From positions 32,001-96,000 of the forward strand of contig DASZWM010000006.1 in NCBI GenBank assembly GCA_035546615.1: a DNA stretch of 64,000 nucleotides, given 5' to 3'. Position 1 is the first letter of the stretch; each line of letters starts with the position of its first letter. This DNA is from Minisyncoccota bacterium (GTDB lineage: Bacteria; Patescibacteriota; Minisyncoccia; Phycocordibacterales; SBAW01). Below the pieces are notes generated by a model, which was given only the letters and a program-made list of their open reading frames with translations, searched no databases and had not been told where the DNA came from. Positions 7,658 through 23,047 of the stretch are shown in pieces. Both the position numbers and the translations under genes were made by a program.

Positions 7658-9614
7658 TTACCAATTCGAAATCCAGCTGGCGGCTGCCGAGGTCGGCTGC
7701 GACCAGCTTAACCTTCACTTTGTCGCCGAGCGTGTATTTCTGCTTCGTGCGCTGGCCTATGAGCGCGTACTCCTTTGCGGAGTAGTTATAAAAATCATTG
7801 CCTATGGTACGCACGCGCACGAGGCCTTCGGCGGCGGACTCCTTATCTTCCACGTACAGGCCCCAGTCGGTCACGCCGGAAATCACGCCCTCGAATGTTT
7901 GGCCAATTTTCCCCATCATGAACTCCACCTGCTTGTAGCGGATGGATTCGCGCTCGGCGTCAACGGCTTCGGCTTCGCGGGCGGAAGCTGCGATGCACAT
8001 CTTCTCCAGGTTTCCGTATTCCGTGCGGGTCATAGGCTTGCCGTCCAAATGGCTGGCGAGGATGCGGTGCGCGAGCATGTCCGGGTAGCGGCGGATGGGG
8101 GAGGTGAAGTGCGTGTAGTAATCGAACGCGAGACCGAAGTGCCCGATGTTCTTGGTCGAGTAAATAGCCTTGGCCATAGAGCGAAGGGTGGCGGTGCGGA
8201 TAAGATGCTCCTCCGGCTTGCCCTGGATATCCTTCAAAAGCTTCCCGATGTCGCGCGCGGATTTCTTCTTTTGCGTATTGAATTCGTAGCCTATCGCGCG
8301 CACGAACGTGGAAAGCTCCTCGATGCGGTCCTCTTTCGGCTGGTCGTGGATGCGGTAGAGGAAGACATAATTTTTTTCCGGAAGCTTTTCCGCAAGCTTC
8401 GATACGTACAGCGCAACTTCGCGGTTCGCCAAAAGCATGAACTCCTCGATCATGAGCATTGTCTCGATGCGGACCTTGCGGATGACCTTGAGCGGCTTTC
8501 CGGATTCGTCGAGCACGAATTTCACTTCGTTGTCGCCGAAGTCTATCGCGCCTTCCTTCTCGCGCTCGCGGCGCAGTATCCGCGCCAGCGCCCGCATCTG
8601 GCCGAGCTCTTCCACATAGGGGCCTTTGCCCGCATTCAAAACTTCCTGCGCCTCCTCGTAGGTAAAGCGTTTGTTGGACCGAATGACCGACTTCGTAAAG
8701 CGGCGGTCGAGCACCTCCGCCTGCGCGTTCATGCGGAATACCGCGGAGAACGCGAGCCGGTCCTCGTCGGCCTTGAGGCTGGCGATGCCGGCCGAAAGGC
8801 TGTGGGGAAGCATGGGAATGGTCGCGTCTACCAGGTACACGCTTGTGCCGCGCTTCACGGCCTCCTCGTCCAGGGCGGTCCCGGGGCGCACGAAGTGCGT
8901 GGCATCGGCGATATGCACGCCTATCTCGAACTCGCCGTTCGGGAGCGGCTTAACCGAAATGGCATCGTCGAAGTCCTTCGCGTCGGCCGGGTCGATAGTG
9001 AAGGTTGTCGTGTCGCGAAAGTCTTCCCGCTTAGGAAGCTCTTCCTCGATTATTTTCGCATGATTAGCCTCAAGTTCGCGCGCCTCGGCTTCCGCCGCTT
9101 CGGGAAATTCGGTGCGGAAGCCGTGCTCGAGCACGATGGCGTTCATCTCCACCCGGTGCTCGCCCGCGCGGCCCAGGTGCTGAGTTATGGAGCCGACCGG
9201 GTCGGTCTTTCCGTCAAAAGATATCAAATGCACGATGACCTTCTCTCCCTCCTCGTATTTGCTGTCGTCCGACAGCGTGATGGGGCGGTAGAATTTCACG
9301 TCCGCAGGCACGGCAACGATGCGGCCGCCTTGCTGGCGCAGCGTTGCGACGAAGTCTTCTTTGGCGCGGGCAACAATTTTTACCATCTTGCCTTTGGGGC
9401 GGGGGAATAGGCCCAGCACTTCTGCTTCGACAGTGTCGCCATTGAGCGCCCCAGACAGGTCGGGAGTCTGTATCTCTATATCCTCCTTCTCAGGGTCCTC
9501 AGGCCACGAAAGATAACCGACGCCTTTGCGGGTTACTTGGACGATTCCGGAAATGGTCTTCTTCTTGCCCGCTTGGGGGGCCGGTTTCTTGCTAGGAGGC
9601 ATTAACCCGCGCAC
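7653..9614 (-). CDS. rnr: Ribonuclease R / RNase II family exoribonuclease (OB folds, RNB domain, C-terminal S1).
   Basis: RNB-domain motifs (TIDPADAKDFDDAISV, HIADATHFV) and a C-terminal S1 domain. The track start is GTG at 9614. The alternative ATG at 9602 is preceded by TGgTATAGT 10 nt upstream. Confidence 0.9.
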   Translation of the reverse strand: MRGLMPPSKKPAPQAGKKKTISGIVQVTRKGVGYLSWPEDPEKEDIEIQTPDLSGALNGDTVEAEVLGLFPRPKGKMVKIVARAKEDFVATLRQQGGRIVAVPADVKFYRPITLSDDSKYEEGEKVIVHLISFDGKTDPVGSITQHLGRAGEHRVEMNAIVLEHGFRTEFPEAAEAEARELEANHAKIIEEELPKREDFRDTTTFTIDPADAKDFDDAISVKPLPNGEFEIGVHIADATHFVRPGTALDEEAVKRGTSVYLVDATIPMLPHSLSAGIASLKADEDRLAFSAVFRMNAQAEVLDRRFTKSVIRSNKRFTYEEAQEVLNAGKGPYVEELGQMRALARILRREREKEGAIDFGDNEVKFVLDESGKPLKVIRKVRIETMLMIEEFMLLANREVALYVSKLAEKLPEKNYVFLYRIHDQPKEDRIEELSTFVRAIGYEFNTQKKKSARDIGKLLKDIQGKPEEHLIRTATLRSMAKAIYSTKNIGHFGLAFDYYTHFTSPIRRYPDMLAHRILASHLDGKPMTRTEYGNLEKMCIAASAREAEAVDAERESIRYKQVEFMMGKIGQTFEGVISGVTDWGLYVEDKESAAEGLVRVRTIGNDFYNYSAKEYALIGQRTKQKYTLGDKVKVKLVAADLGSRQLDFELVK

Positions 9615-9687
9615 TATACCACGGTTGACCGAATATATCTACTCTGATACAGTATGAGCCAAGCCCGAGAGGGCCTATTTTTAAGAA

Positions 9688-10122
9688 ATGCTTACCATCC
9701 GACTCCAGCGCCGCGGACGCAAGAACGACCCGTCTTTCCGGGTTATTCTCGTTGAGTCCAAGCGTGCAGCAAAGACCGGCAGCTTCCAGGAGGTCCTCGG
9801 CTCATACGACCCGCGCGTTGACCGCACCGACCTCAAGGCCGACCGCATCAAGCACTGGATAGGCATGGGCGCGACCGTTTCCGACACCGTGCACAACATC
9901 CTCATCAATCAGAAAGTCATCGAGGGCAAGAAGATAAACGTGCTCCCGCGCAAGAGCCCGCCGAAGAAGGCGGAAGAGGCGGCTGCAGCCGCTCCCGCAG
10001 CAGAAGCGGCAGCTCCTGAAGCAGCCGAGACCACTGAAGAAAAGGCAGAGGCGACGTCTCCCGAGGCAAAAGCGGAAGAAGCTGTGAATACCGAGGTTGC
10101 TGAGGAAACTCCCGCACAATAG
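9688..10122 (+). CDS. rpsP: 30S ribosomal protein S16 with an Ala/Glu-rich C-terminal extension.
   Basis: MLTIRLQRRGRKNDPSFRVILVESKRAAKTGSFQEVLGSYDP. Confidence 0.9.
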   Translation: MLTIRLQRRGRKNDPSFRVILVESKRAAKTGSFQEVLGSYDPRVDRTDLKADRIKHWIGMGATVSDTVHNILINQKVIEGKKINVLPRKSPPKKAEEAAAAAPAAEAAAPEAAETTEEKAEATSPEAKAEEAVNTEVAEETPAQ

Positions 10123-10235
10123 AATAGAGGCAGGGATTTATCATCAAACGAGTGAGGAACAAAAACGAGTTTTTGATTCCGAGCGAGAGCAGATGATACA
10201 GATTTCCTAATCTTTAATAAACTAAATATACTGAA

Positions 10236-10622
10236 ATGGCAGCAGAGAGAGATCAGGAGTTTTTGGAATTTGTCGTAAAAGGTCTTGTCGAGAATCCGGA
10301 CGCGGTTAAGATAACTCGCGCCGTAGACGAAATGGGCGTTCTTTTGACGCTCGACCTCCATCCGGATGACATGGGCAAGGTTATCGGCCGCTCGGGCAAT
10401 ACCGCCAAGGCAATACGCACGCTTCTTCGCGTCGTTGGCATGAAGCACAATGCCCGCGTGAACCTTAAGATAAACGAACCGGCAGGAGGGCTTCGCGATC
10501 CTGCTATGAGCGCTCCGAGCGGCGGCAGCGCTGCCCAGGGCTGGGACGGCAGCCACGAGGCTCCCGCAACCCCTGCGATGAAGTCGGTGGACGAGGCGAT
10601 GGACGAGCTCTCAAAGTTCTAA
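10236..10622 (+). CDS. KH-domain RNA-binding protein (YlqC/UPF0109 family), as typically found between rpsP and rimM.
   Basis: LVENPDAVKITRAVDEMGVLLTLDLHPDDMGKVIGRSGNTAKAIRTLL. A terminator hairpin GCCGCCGCAAGGCGGC + T-tract follows at 10640-10668. Confidence 0.8.
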   Translation: MAAERDQEFLEFVVKGLVENPDAVKITRAVDEMGVLLTLDLHPDDMGKVIGRSGNTAKAIRTLLRVVGMKHNARVNLKINEPAGGLRDPAMSAPSGGSAAQGWDGSHEAPATPAMKSVDEAMDELSKF

Positions 10623-10693
10623 TCTCAGATATTTTAGCAAAGGCCGCCGCAAGGCGGCTTTTGCTTTTCCCGCCCTCCTTTATACTGTGGAGT

Positions 10694-11500
10694 ATGTATC
10701 CTCCTGTTTCTGACCTGCTCGCAGAGCTCTCTTTATTTCCCGGAAGGGAAGACGGCTTGCGGAAAATTAAAAGGTATAGCAATGAGAAAGTAGCTTTTTA
10801 CCGCTCTTCTGATTTTTCTCATAGCAAGAGAGTGGCGTGGCTTGTATATAGTCTCATCCCATTATTATCAGAGGTAGATAAGACTTTTGATATAGGGCGC
10901 GCTGTGGCTATGGCGCTCGTGCACGACGATGCTGAACTGATAACGGGTGATCATCAAGCTGGTAATAAAAGCAAAATGACCAAAGAGCAGCTTGCTGCAA
11001 TTGCTGACGAAGAACGTGAAGCGATTGCCGCTTTGGCAAAGAGATATCCAAAAACTCTCGGCGGATATGTCTATCAGGACCTAGTACAAGATCTCGCTGA
11101 TCTAAAGAATTCTGAAGCTCATTTTGTTAAGTACTTTGATCGTTTTGATGCTTTGGGGGAGACTTACCATGAACTCTTTGCAGGGAATGTGGTTTGGACG
11201 CAAAACGTAGTTAATGAGTGGGGCATCATTCCCACACCTTTTATGTATTACTACGATAGGCTGCCGCCCATGGTTGAGAAGTATCCGATCCTGACTGCTT
11301 TAAAAGGAAAACATGTATTCTTCGATGTCCCTGAAGCCAGAGAATGGGAATCATTTGTCCTGACTCGTCAGCCTCATACAAAGGATTCAATACTTGCGTC
11401 TACTGGTCATAGGCAATATGATGCCTGGCGCTCTGTTGTTATTGATTCTGCAGATCAAGAAGAAATCGCAAATCTCTACTCTCAACAAGAATACCTATGA
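10694..11500 (+). CDS. HD-domain phosphohydrolase, YfbR-like 5'-deoxynucleotidase family; low-GC insert.
   Basis: HD motif LVHDDAELITGDH. GC is roughly 43% against ~62% in the flanks. It has its own -10 (TATACT) after the upstream terminator. Confidence 0.65.
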   Translation: MYPPVSDLLAELSLFPGREDGLRKIKRYSNEKVAFYRSSDFSHSKRVAWLVYSLIPLLSEVDKTFDIGRAVAMALVHDDAELITGDHQAGNKSKMTKEQLAAIADEEREAIAALAKRYPKTLGGYVYQDLVQDLADLKNSEAHFVKYFDRFDALGETYHELFAGNVVWTQNVVNEWGIIPTPFMYYYDRLPPMVEKYPILTALKGKHVFFDVPEAREWESFVLTRQPHTKDSILASTGHRQYDAWRSVVIDSADQEEIANLYSQQEYL

Positions 11501-12153
11501 ATTTCCATGTCGTAACGCTTTTTCCGGAAGTTATCGAGGCCTATACGAACGCTTCGATACTGGGCCGTGCCCAGAAAGAGAAGAAGTTTTCCGTTAAGAC
11601 CTACCAGCTGCGCGATTTCGTCAGCAATAAATGGGGCAAGGTAGACGAGCGCCCATACGGCGGCGGCCCGGGCATGGTTATCCAGGCCGAGCCGGTCATC
11701 AGGGCAGTCCAGAAAATATCTGGACTTACGAAGTCCAGAATTCGGCCGAAGGTCATTATTACTGCGGCAGGCGGCAAGCCTTTGACCAACGCGTATGCCA
11801 AAGCGCTTTTGAAGCAAAAGGACGTCATAATCGTTTGCGGCAGGTACGAAGGCATCGACGCCCGGGCAAAAAAAGTGCTCAAGGCCGAAGAAGTCTCCGT
11901 TGGGCCGTACATTCTGACCGGGGGCGAGGTTCCGGCCTTGGCAATCATTGATGCGACCGCTCGGCAGATAAAGGGCGTTTTGGGCAAGTTCGAGTCCCTC
12001 GAGGAGTCCCGGGTCGCAAGCCACGAGATATACACCCGCCCCGAGGTCCTGAAAGCAAAAGGAAAGAACTACGCGGTCCCGAAGGTCCTCCTCTCCGGCC
12101 ATCATGCAAAGATGGACCAGTGGAAAGAAAAGAAACGCAGCAAACCCCTATAA
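11497..12153 (+). CDS. trmD: tRNA (guanine37-N1)-methyltransferase.
   Basis: DERPYGGGPGMV signature and SPOUT-fold C-terminus. It carries an in-frame copy of the 25-bp REP-like hairpin at 11716-11742, encoding ISGLTKSRI. Confidence 0.95.
   Translation: MNFHVVTLFPEVIEAYTNASILGRAQKEKKFSVKTYQLRDFVSNKWGKVDERPYGGGPGMVIQAEPVIRAVQKISGLTKSRIRPKVIITAAGGKPLTNAYAKALLKQKDVIIVCGRYEGIDARAKKVLKAEEVSVGPYILTGGEVPALAIIDATARQIKGVLGKFESLEESRVASHEIYTRPEVLKAKGKNYAVPKVLLSGHHAKMDQWKEKKRSKPL
11716..11742 (+). repeat. REP-like palindrome copy 4, in reverse orientation, embedded in frame in trmD.
   Basis: ATATCTGGACTT-ACG-AAGTCCAGAATT. It is the reverse complement of the hairpin found three times at the RAYT locus (37124-37859). 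Confidence 0.7.
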
Positions 12154-12171
12154 ATAGGGGTGGATAGCCCC

Positions 12172-12199
12172 TTGACGGGCCTTCCCAGGCGCGTATACT
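12172..12199 (+). promoter_or_regulatory. Sigma70-type promoter upstream of rpoBC: TTGACG-16-TATACT.
   Basis: Near-consensus hexamers read directly. A ~240-nt leader follows, containing the inverted repeat TGTATCGA-n11-TCGATACA at 12222-12248. Confidence 0.5.
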
Positions 12200-12438
12200 G
12201 GTATATGAAACCAAAGCGGGGCAGATGATTGTGTATCGAGTGGCGCGGTTTCGATACAAACAGTGGTGAGTGCATCCACCTAAATATTGCTTGAGAAATC
12301 GGGCAAGGGAGCTTCATGCCCCCGCTATTTTTCGTGTTTTGCAGGTGTGGACAGCGTTCTTGTTTTTTTCAAAAAGTAGTGAAGGTTCGCCCTGTGCCTG
12401 CTCCCATTATTAAGTCCGCTCAACTTATTAAACCGCGC

Positions 12439-19293
<6,855 letters not shown>

Positions 19294-19338
19294 GAAGAAA
19301 GCCACTAGCCACTAGGGTATAGCCAATAGCAAATAAAA

Positions 19339-19376
19339 AAGCGAACGGGCGCGGAGTTTTTAATTCCGCGCCCGTT
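19339..19376. terminator. Bidirectional rho-independent terminator.
   Basis: GGGCGCGGA-gtttttaat-TCCGCGCCC, with AAAAAA on the 5' side and GTTTGG on the 3' side. Confidence 0.55.
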
Positions 19377-19390
19377 TGGCGTACATGAGG

Positions 19391-19582
19391 CTACGTCCGG
19401 GTGCTCTTGATGAGTTTTTCGACCTTCTCGAAGATACCCAGGATGAGCAGAGGAATGGCAATGCTCAGAGAAATGGTCCCCCAGACAAACGCGTCCATCG
19501 CCTGCTCTGGGGGCACAGTCATGAACATCGCCCGTGCGACTGTAATCCCTATTCCCACCGCCCCACAAATGATATATATCAT
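19391..19582 (-). CDS. Hypothetical small membrane protein, ~63 aa, two TM helices.
   Basis: AAGGAG lies 8 nt upstream of the ATG (MIYIICGAVGIGITV...). The track ORF extends to 19633. Confidence 0.35.
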   Translation of the reverse strand: MIYIICGAVGIGITVARAMFMTVPPEQAMDAFVWGTISLSIAIPLLILGIFEKVEKLIKSTRT

Positions 19583-19678
19583 GGCCAAATTCTCCTTCTG
19601 TTGGCCGACTATATATGCATAGTGTACACCCAAAGATGTATTTTGTCAAGTGGTATACTAAAGCGGTAAACTCTATAT

Positions 19679-21292
19679 ATGGACTCCCAGGTACAGCAAA
19701 TTAAGGACAAGCTCAATATCACCGATGTTATCGGCGAGTATATCCAGCTCAAGCGCTCCGGCCGCACCTACACGGCGCGCTGCCCTTTCCATAAGGAGAA
19801 GACGCCGAGCTTCCATGTCTCGGCCGAGCGCGGCACCTACAAGTGCTTCGGCTGCGGCGAAGGCGGCGATATCTTCACCTTTGTGGAGAAGATGGAAGGC
19901 ATAGACTTTCCGACCGCGCTTAAGCAATTGGCCGACAAAGCCGGGATTAAGCTTGAGCGCCAAGCTGTGCCGAATCCGGAACACAAGGAGCGCGACGAGC
20001 GCTTGCGGGAAGTGTGCGAGGAGGCGGTGAAATTCTTCGAATCCGTGCTCGCGAAGCGCTCTGACGTACGGGACTATCTGCATGCCCGCGGCGTGCACGA
20101 TGAGACTATAGCGAGCTGGCGGCTTGGCTACGCTCCGGCGGCATGGGAAGAGCTTTCAAAGCACCTGCTCATGCGCGGATTCTCGAAAGACGACATCGCT
20201 GATGCCGGCTTCGGCGTGAAGTCGGAGAAAAAGCCCGGCGAGATATTTGATCGCTTCCGCGGCCGCATCATGTTCCCGATATTCGACGCCGCCGGGCAGC
20301 CTATCGCGGTGTCGGGGCGCTTCTTCGAAAAGGTTCCGGGCCAGAAGGACGATGTGGAGCCGGCCAAGTATGTGAACAGTCCCGAAACATCGCTCTTCAA
20401 AAAATCGAAAACGCTCTACGGCTACGACCGGGCGAAGAATGCTATCCGCAAGGCCGACTGCATTCTCTTGGTCGAGGGCCAGTTCGATCTTATCTTATCC
20501 CACCAATCCGGGCTGCCGTTCACGGTGGCGCTTTCGGGCACCGCGCTCACTCCCGAGCATTTGTCGCTTCTTGGCAGGCTCTCCAAGCGCCTGGTATTGG
20601 CGCTCGATGCCGACGAGGCGGGCATACGCGCCGGTCTGCGCAGCGCGCAGATGGCCATCGCGGCGGGCTTCGACGTGAAAGTGCCGACCTTCCCGCAGGG
20701 CAAGGACCCGGCGGACGTGGCGCGCGAGAATCCGGAGCTGCTGAAGCAGGCAATACGCACGTCCCAGACCGCTGTTGAATTCTTTCTCGCCGCGCTCAGG
20801 CCTGCCGCGCGCGACGAACGGGCGTACGCCAAGCTGGTGGAAGCGCAGGTGGTGCCGCTTATTGCCGTAATGGGGAGCGCGATAGAGCAGGAACAGTTCG
20901 CGCGCATCGTTGCAAGCAAGCTCGGCGTGTCCGACGCCGCCGTACGAGCTTCTGTTGCAAAGGCGCCAAAGACTCCTTTTGAGCCCAGCACCACTTCACC
21001 GGAAACTCAGCCGCAAAGCGCAGACTCGATAGCGGGCTTCGAGCGCAAAGCGGGAATGCTTCTCTTCCGCTTCGGGACGGAGTCCGACATCGGCCGGCAG
21101 CTCTCGGAACTGCTCGGGCCTGAGCGTATTGCCGCCCTTGAGCAGACCCTTGCGCCCCGAAGCGAGGAGCTGCGTTTTATGTTCGACAGGGAAGTGGGCG
21201 AGCACTCGAGCGAAGAGGCCATAGCCAAGGATATGCTCGATGCCATAGGCGCCGTGGTGGCGAAGGAGCGTTTCAAAATGAAATTTGTGTGA
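19679..21292 (+). CDS. dnaG: DNA primase.
   Basis: CHC2 zinc finger (CPFHKEKTPSFHVSAERGTYKCFGCGEGGD) and Toprim domain (LVEGQFDLI...LALDADEAG). TGgTATACT lies 19 nt upstream of the start. Confidence 0.95.
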   Translation: MDSQVQQIKDKLNITDVIGEYIQLKRSGRTYTARCPFHKEKTPSFHVSAERGTYKCFGCGEGGDIFTFVEKMEGIDFPTALKQLADKAGIKLERQAVPNPEHKERDERLREVCEEAVKFFESVLAKRSDVRDYLHARGVHDETIASWRLGYAPAAWEELSKHLLMRGFSKDDIADAGFGVKSEKKPGEIFDRFRGRIMFPIFDAAGQPIAVSGRFFEKVPGQKDDVEPAKYVNSPETSLFKKSKTLYGYDRAKNAIRKADCILLVEGQFDLILSHQSGLPFTVALSGTALTPEHLSLLGRLSKRLVLALDADEAGIRAGLRSAQMAIAAGFDVKVPTFPQGKDPADVARENPELLKQAIRTSQTAVEFFLAALRPAARDERAYAKLVEAQVVPLIAVMGSAIEQEQFARIVASKLGVSDAAVRASVAKAPKTPFEPSTTSPETQPQSADSIAGFERKAGMLLFRFGTESDIGRQLSELLGPERIAALEQTLAPRSEELRFMFDREVGEHSSEEAIAKDMLDAIGAVVAKERFKMKFV

Positions 21293-21399
21293 TAAAAACT
21301 CCGGTATATGCAGTGTGCCCTGCATATACCCGTCGCGGCGTTCGCAAATAAAGGAGGCCTTTATTTTCTCACTTTGCTAGGGTATAATATCTCCCATCA

Positions 21400-22632
21400 A
21401 TGGCTGCTAAAAAGAAGAAAAAGCCGGCCCCCCGTAAGGCGGGGTTGAAGGCGAAGAAGTTCCGCGCCGCCGCCGCAAAGCGCCGGGCAAAGCTCGCGCC
21501 CAAGAAGCCGGCCAAGAAGGCGGCGGCTCCGGCGGCCAAGATCAACCCGAAGATCGCCAAAAAGGTTGAGGAGCAGAACAAGAAGGCCGAAGCGCTTATG
21601 GCGCGCGGCCGCGAGCGCGGATTCGTCACCTACGACGAGATCTTGAAGGCGTTCCCGAATATCGAGACGGACGTCATGTTCCTTGAGGACCTCTATGAGA
21701 AGTTCTCGACCGCGCATATCGACGTGCTCGAAGGCGGCGGCATGCTTGAAATAGCCGAGGAGCCGGCAGAAAAGGGCTACTCGCGCTCCGACTCGCAGTA
21801 CGATTCCATCCAGATGTACCTGCGCGAGATAGGCAAGTACCCGCTGCTTAACGCGCAAAGCGAGCGCGATCTCGCAAAGCGCATTGTCGAGGGCGACGAT
21901 GAAGCCCGCAACCTGCTTGCCCGCGCGAACCTGCGCCTCGTGGTTTCCATCGCCAAGAAGTACGTAGGCCGCTCGCCGGACCTTACCCTTTTGGACCTCA
22001 TTCAGGAGGGCAACCTCGGCCTCTTCAAGGCCGTGGACAAGTTCGACTACTCCAAGGGCTTCAAATTCTCGACCTACGCCACCTGGTGGATACGCCAGGC
22101 CATTACCCGCGCGCTCGCCGACCAGAGCCGCACCATCCGCATTCCGGTGCACATGGTCGAGACCATCGCCAAATACAAGCAGGTCTCGCGCCGCCTTTCC
22201 CAGGATCTCGGCCGCGACCCGCTTGCGGAGGAAATCGCGCTTGAGATGGGCGTGGACGTCGACAAGATCTACCAGATAGAAAAGATCGACCAGGATACTA
22301 TTTCGCTTGAGAGCCCGGTCGGGTCCGACGACGGCGACGACGGCAAGTCGGTGCTCGGCGATTTCATAAAGGACGACAAGATACTCTCGCCGGACCAGGA
22401 AGTGGCCCGCCGCATACTCGCCGACCAGCTCAAGGAGATCCTTGAAGAACTGAGCCCCAAGGAGCGCGAGATCCTCAAGCTGCGCCACGGCCTTGAAGAC
22501 GGCATTTATCACACGCTTGAGGAAGTGGGGAAGAAGTTCGGGGTTACCCGCGAGCGCATCCGCCAGATCGAGGCGAAGGCCCTGGAGCGCATACGCACGC
22601 ACGAGAAGGCAAAGCGCCTCCGCAGCTACTAA
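21400..22632 (+). CDS. rpoD: RNA polymerase primary sigma factor (sigma70/SigA) with a Lys/Ala-rich N-terminus.
   Basis: Regions 1.2-4.2 are present: [16 protein letters not shown], the [25 protein letters not shown] region, the -10 recognition helix [14 protein letters not shown], and the region 4 HTH. It lies downstream of dnaG, the classic MMS operon arrangement. Confidence 0.95.
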   Translation: MAAKKKKKPAPRKAGLKAKKFRAAAAKRRAKLAPKKPAKKAAAPAAKINPKIAKKVEEQNKKAEALMARGRERGFVTYDEILKAFPNIETDVMFLEDLYEKFSTAHIDVLEGGGMLEIAEEPAEKGYSRSDSQYDSIQMYLREIGKYPLLNAQSERDLAKRIVEGDDEARNLLARANLRLVVSIAKKYVGRSPDLTLLDLIQEGNLGLFKAVDKFDYSKGFKFSTYATWWIRQAITRALADQSRTIRIPVHMVETIAKYKQVSRRLSQDLGRDPLAEEIALEMGVDVDKIYQIEKIDQDTISLESPVGSDDGDDGKSVLGDFIKDDKILSPDQEVARRILADQLKEILEELSPKEREILKLRHGLEDGIYHTLEEVGKKFGVTRERIRQIEAKALERIRTHEKAKRLRSY

Positions 22633-22703
22633 TTCATCTCTATAATAAAAACCGCGCCGGATGGGGCGCGGTTTATGTTCTTGTAAACATTGGTGTCTCC
22701 TAT

Positions 22704-22988
22704 TTAGTCGGTAAAGTTCTCTTCTTCGAAGTCGTCCATCTCTCTGCCCATTTGCTTAAGCCCTTCTTCGAAAAAATTGTGGGCTCTCGCGATTTCTGGG
22801 CTTAGCAGGACACTATTCTTCTCGGAAAACGCTTTGAATTTCCGAAGAAGAAAAGGTACAGGTTCCATAGAAGGATTCCACTCTATTGTTCCGGGTAGGA
22901 ACAGGTGAGTGAGGACTACCGTGCCATCTGGTTTGGTTGCCCGCGTAAAATCCTCTTTTTTGAGGACATAGTTTTCAACTTCTCCCAC
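22704..22988 (-). CDS. Hypothetical protein, 94 aa, with an acidic C-terminus (...EMDDFEEENFTD); low GC.
   Basis: AAAGGAG lies 8 nt before the GTG start. It sits directly downstream of the ATP-grasp gene on the same strand. Confidence 0.45.
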   Translation of the reverse strand: MGEVENYVLKKEDFTRATKPDGTVVLTHLFLPGTIEWNPSMEPVPFLLRKFKAFSEKNSVLLSPEIARAHNFFEEGLKQMGREMDDFEEENFTD

Positions 22989-23047
22989 GAAATATCTCCT
23001 TTGGTTGCGGACGAAAAAGTGTGTCCGCTTTCTTTATATCATGATAC

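Noticed and set aside
7440-9410. Long + strand ORF (656 aa) antisense to rnr. Similar long antisense ORFs occur at 362-1003, 4614-5984, 13117-14577, 14767-18240, 21397-22602, 23447-24082, 25195-26154, 34729-36498, 43518-44726, 46636-48276, 48880-49938, 53020-53967 and others.
   Set aside because: These are shadow ORFs of well-supported genes on the opposite strand in high-GC DNA. Their translations are Arg/Ala/Gly/His-rich, low in complexity and without domains, and the opposite-strand genes have clear conserved motifs.
19645-19661. TTGTCA as the -35 for dnaG.
   Set aside because: Spacing to the TATACT -10 is only 5 nt. The extended -10 TGgTATACT alone is the more plausible promoter.
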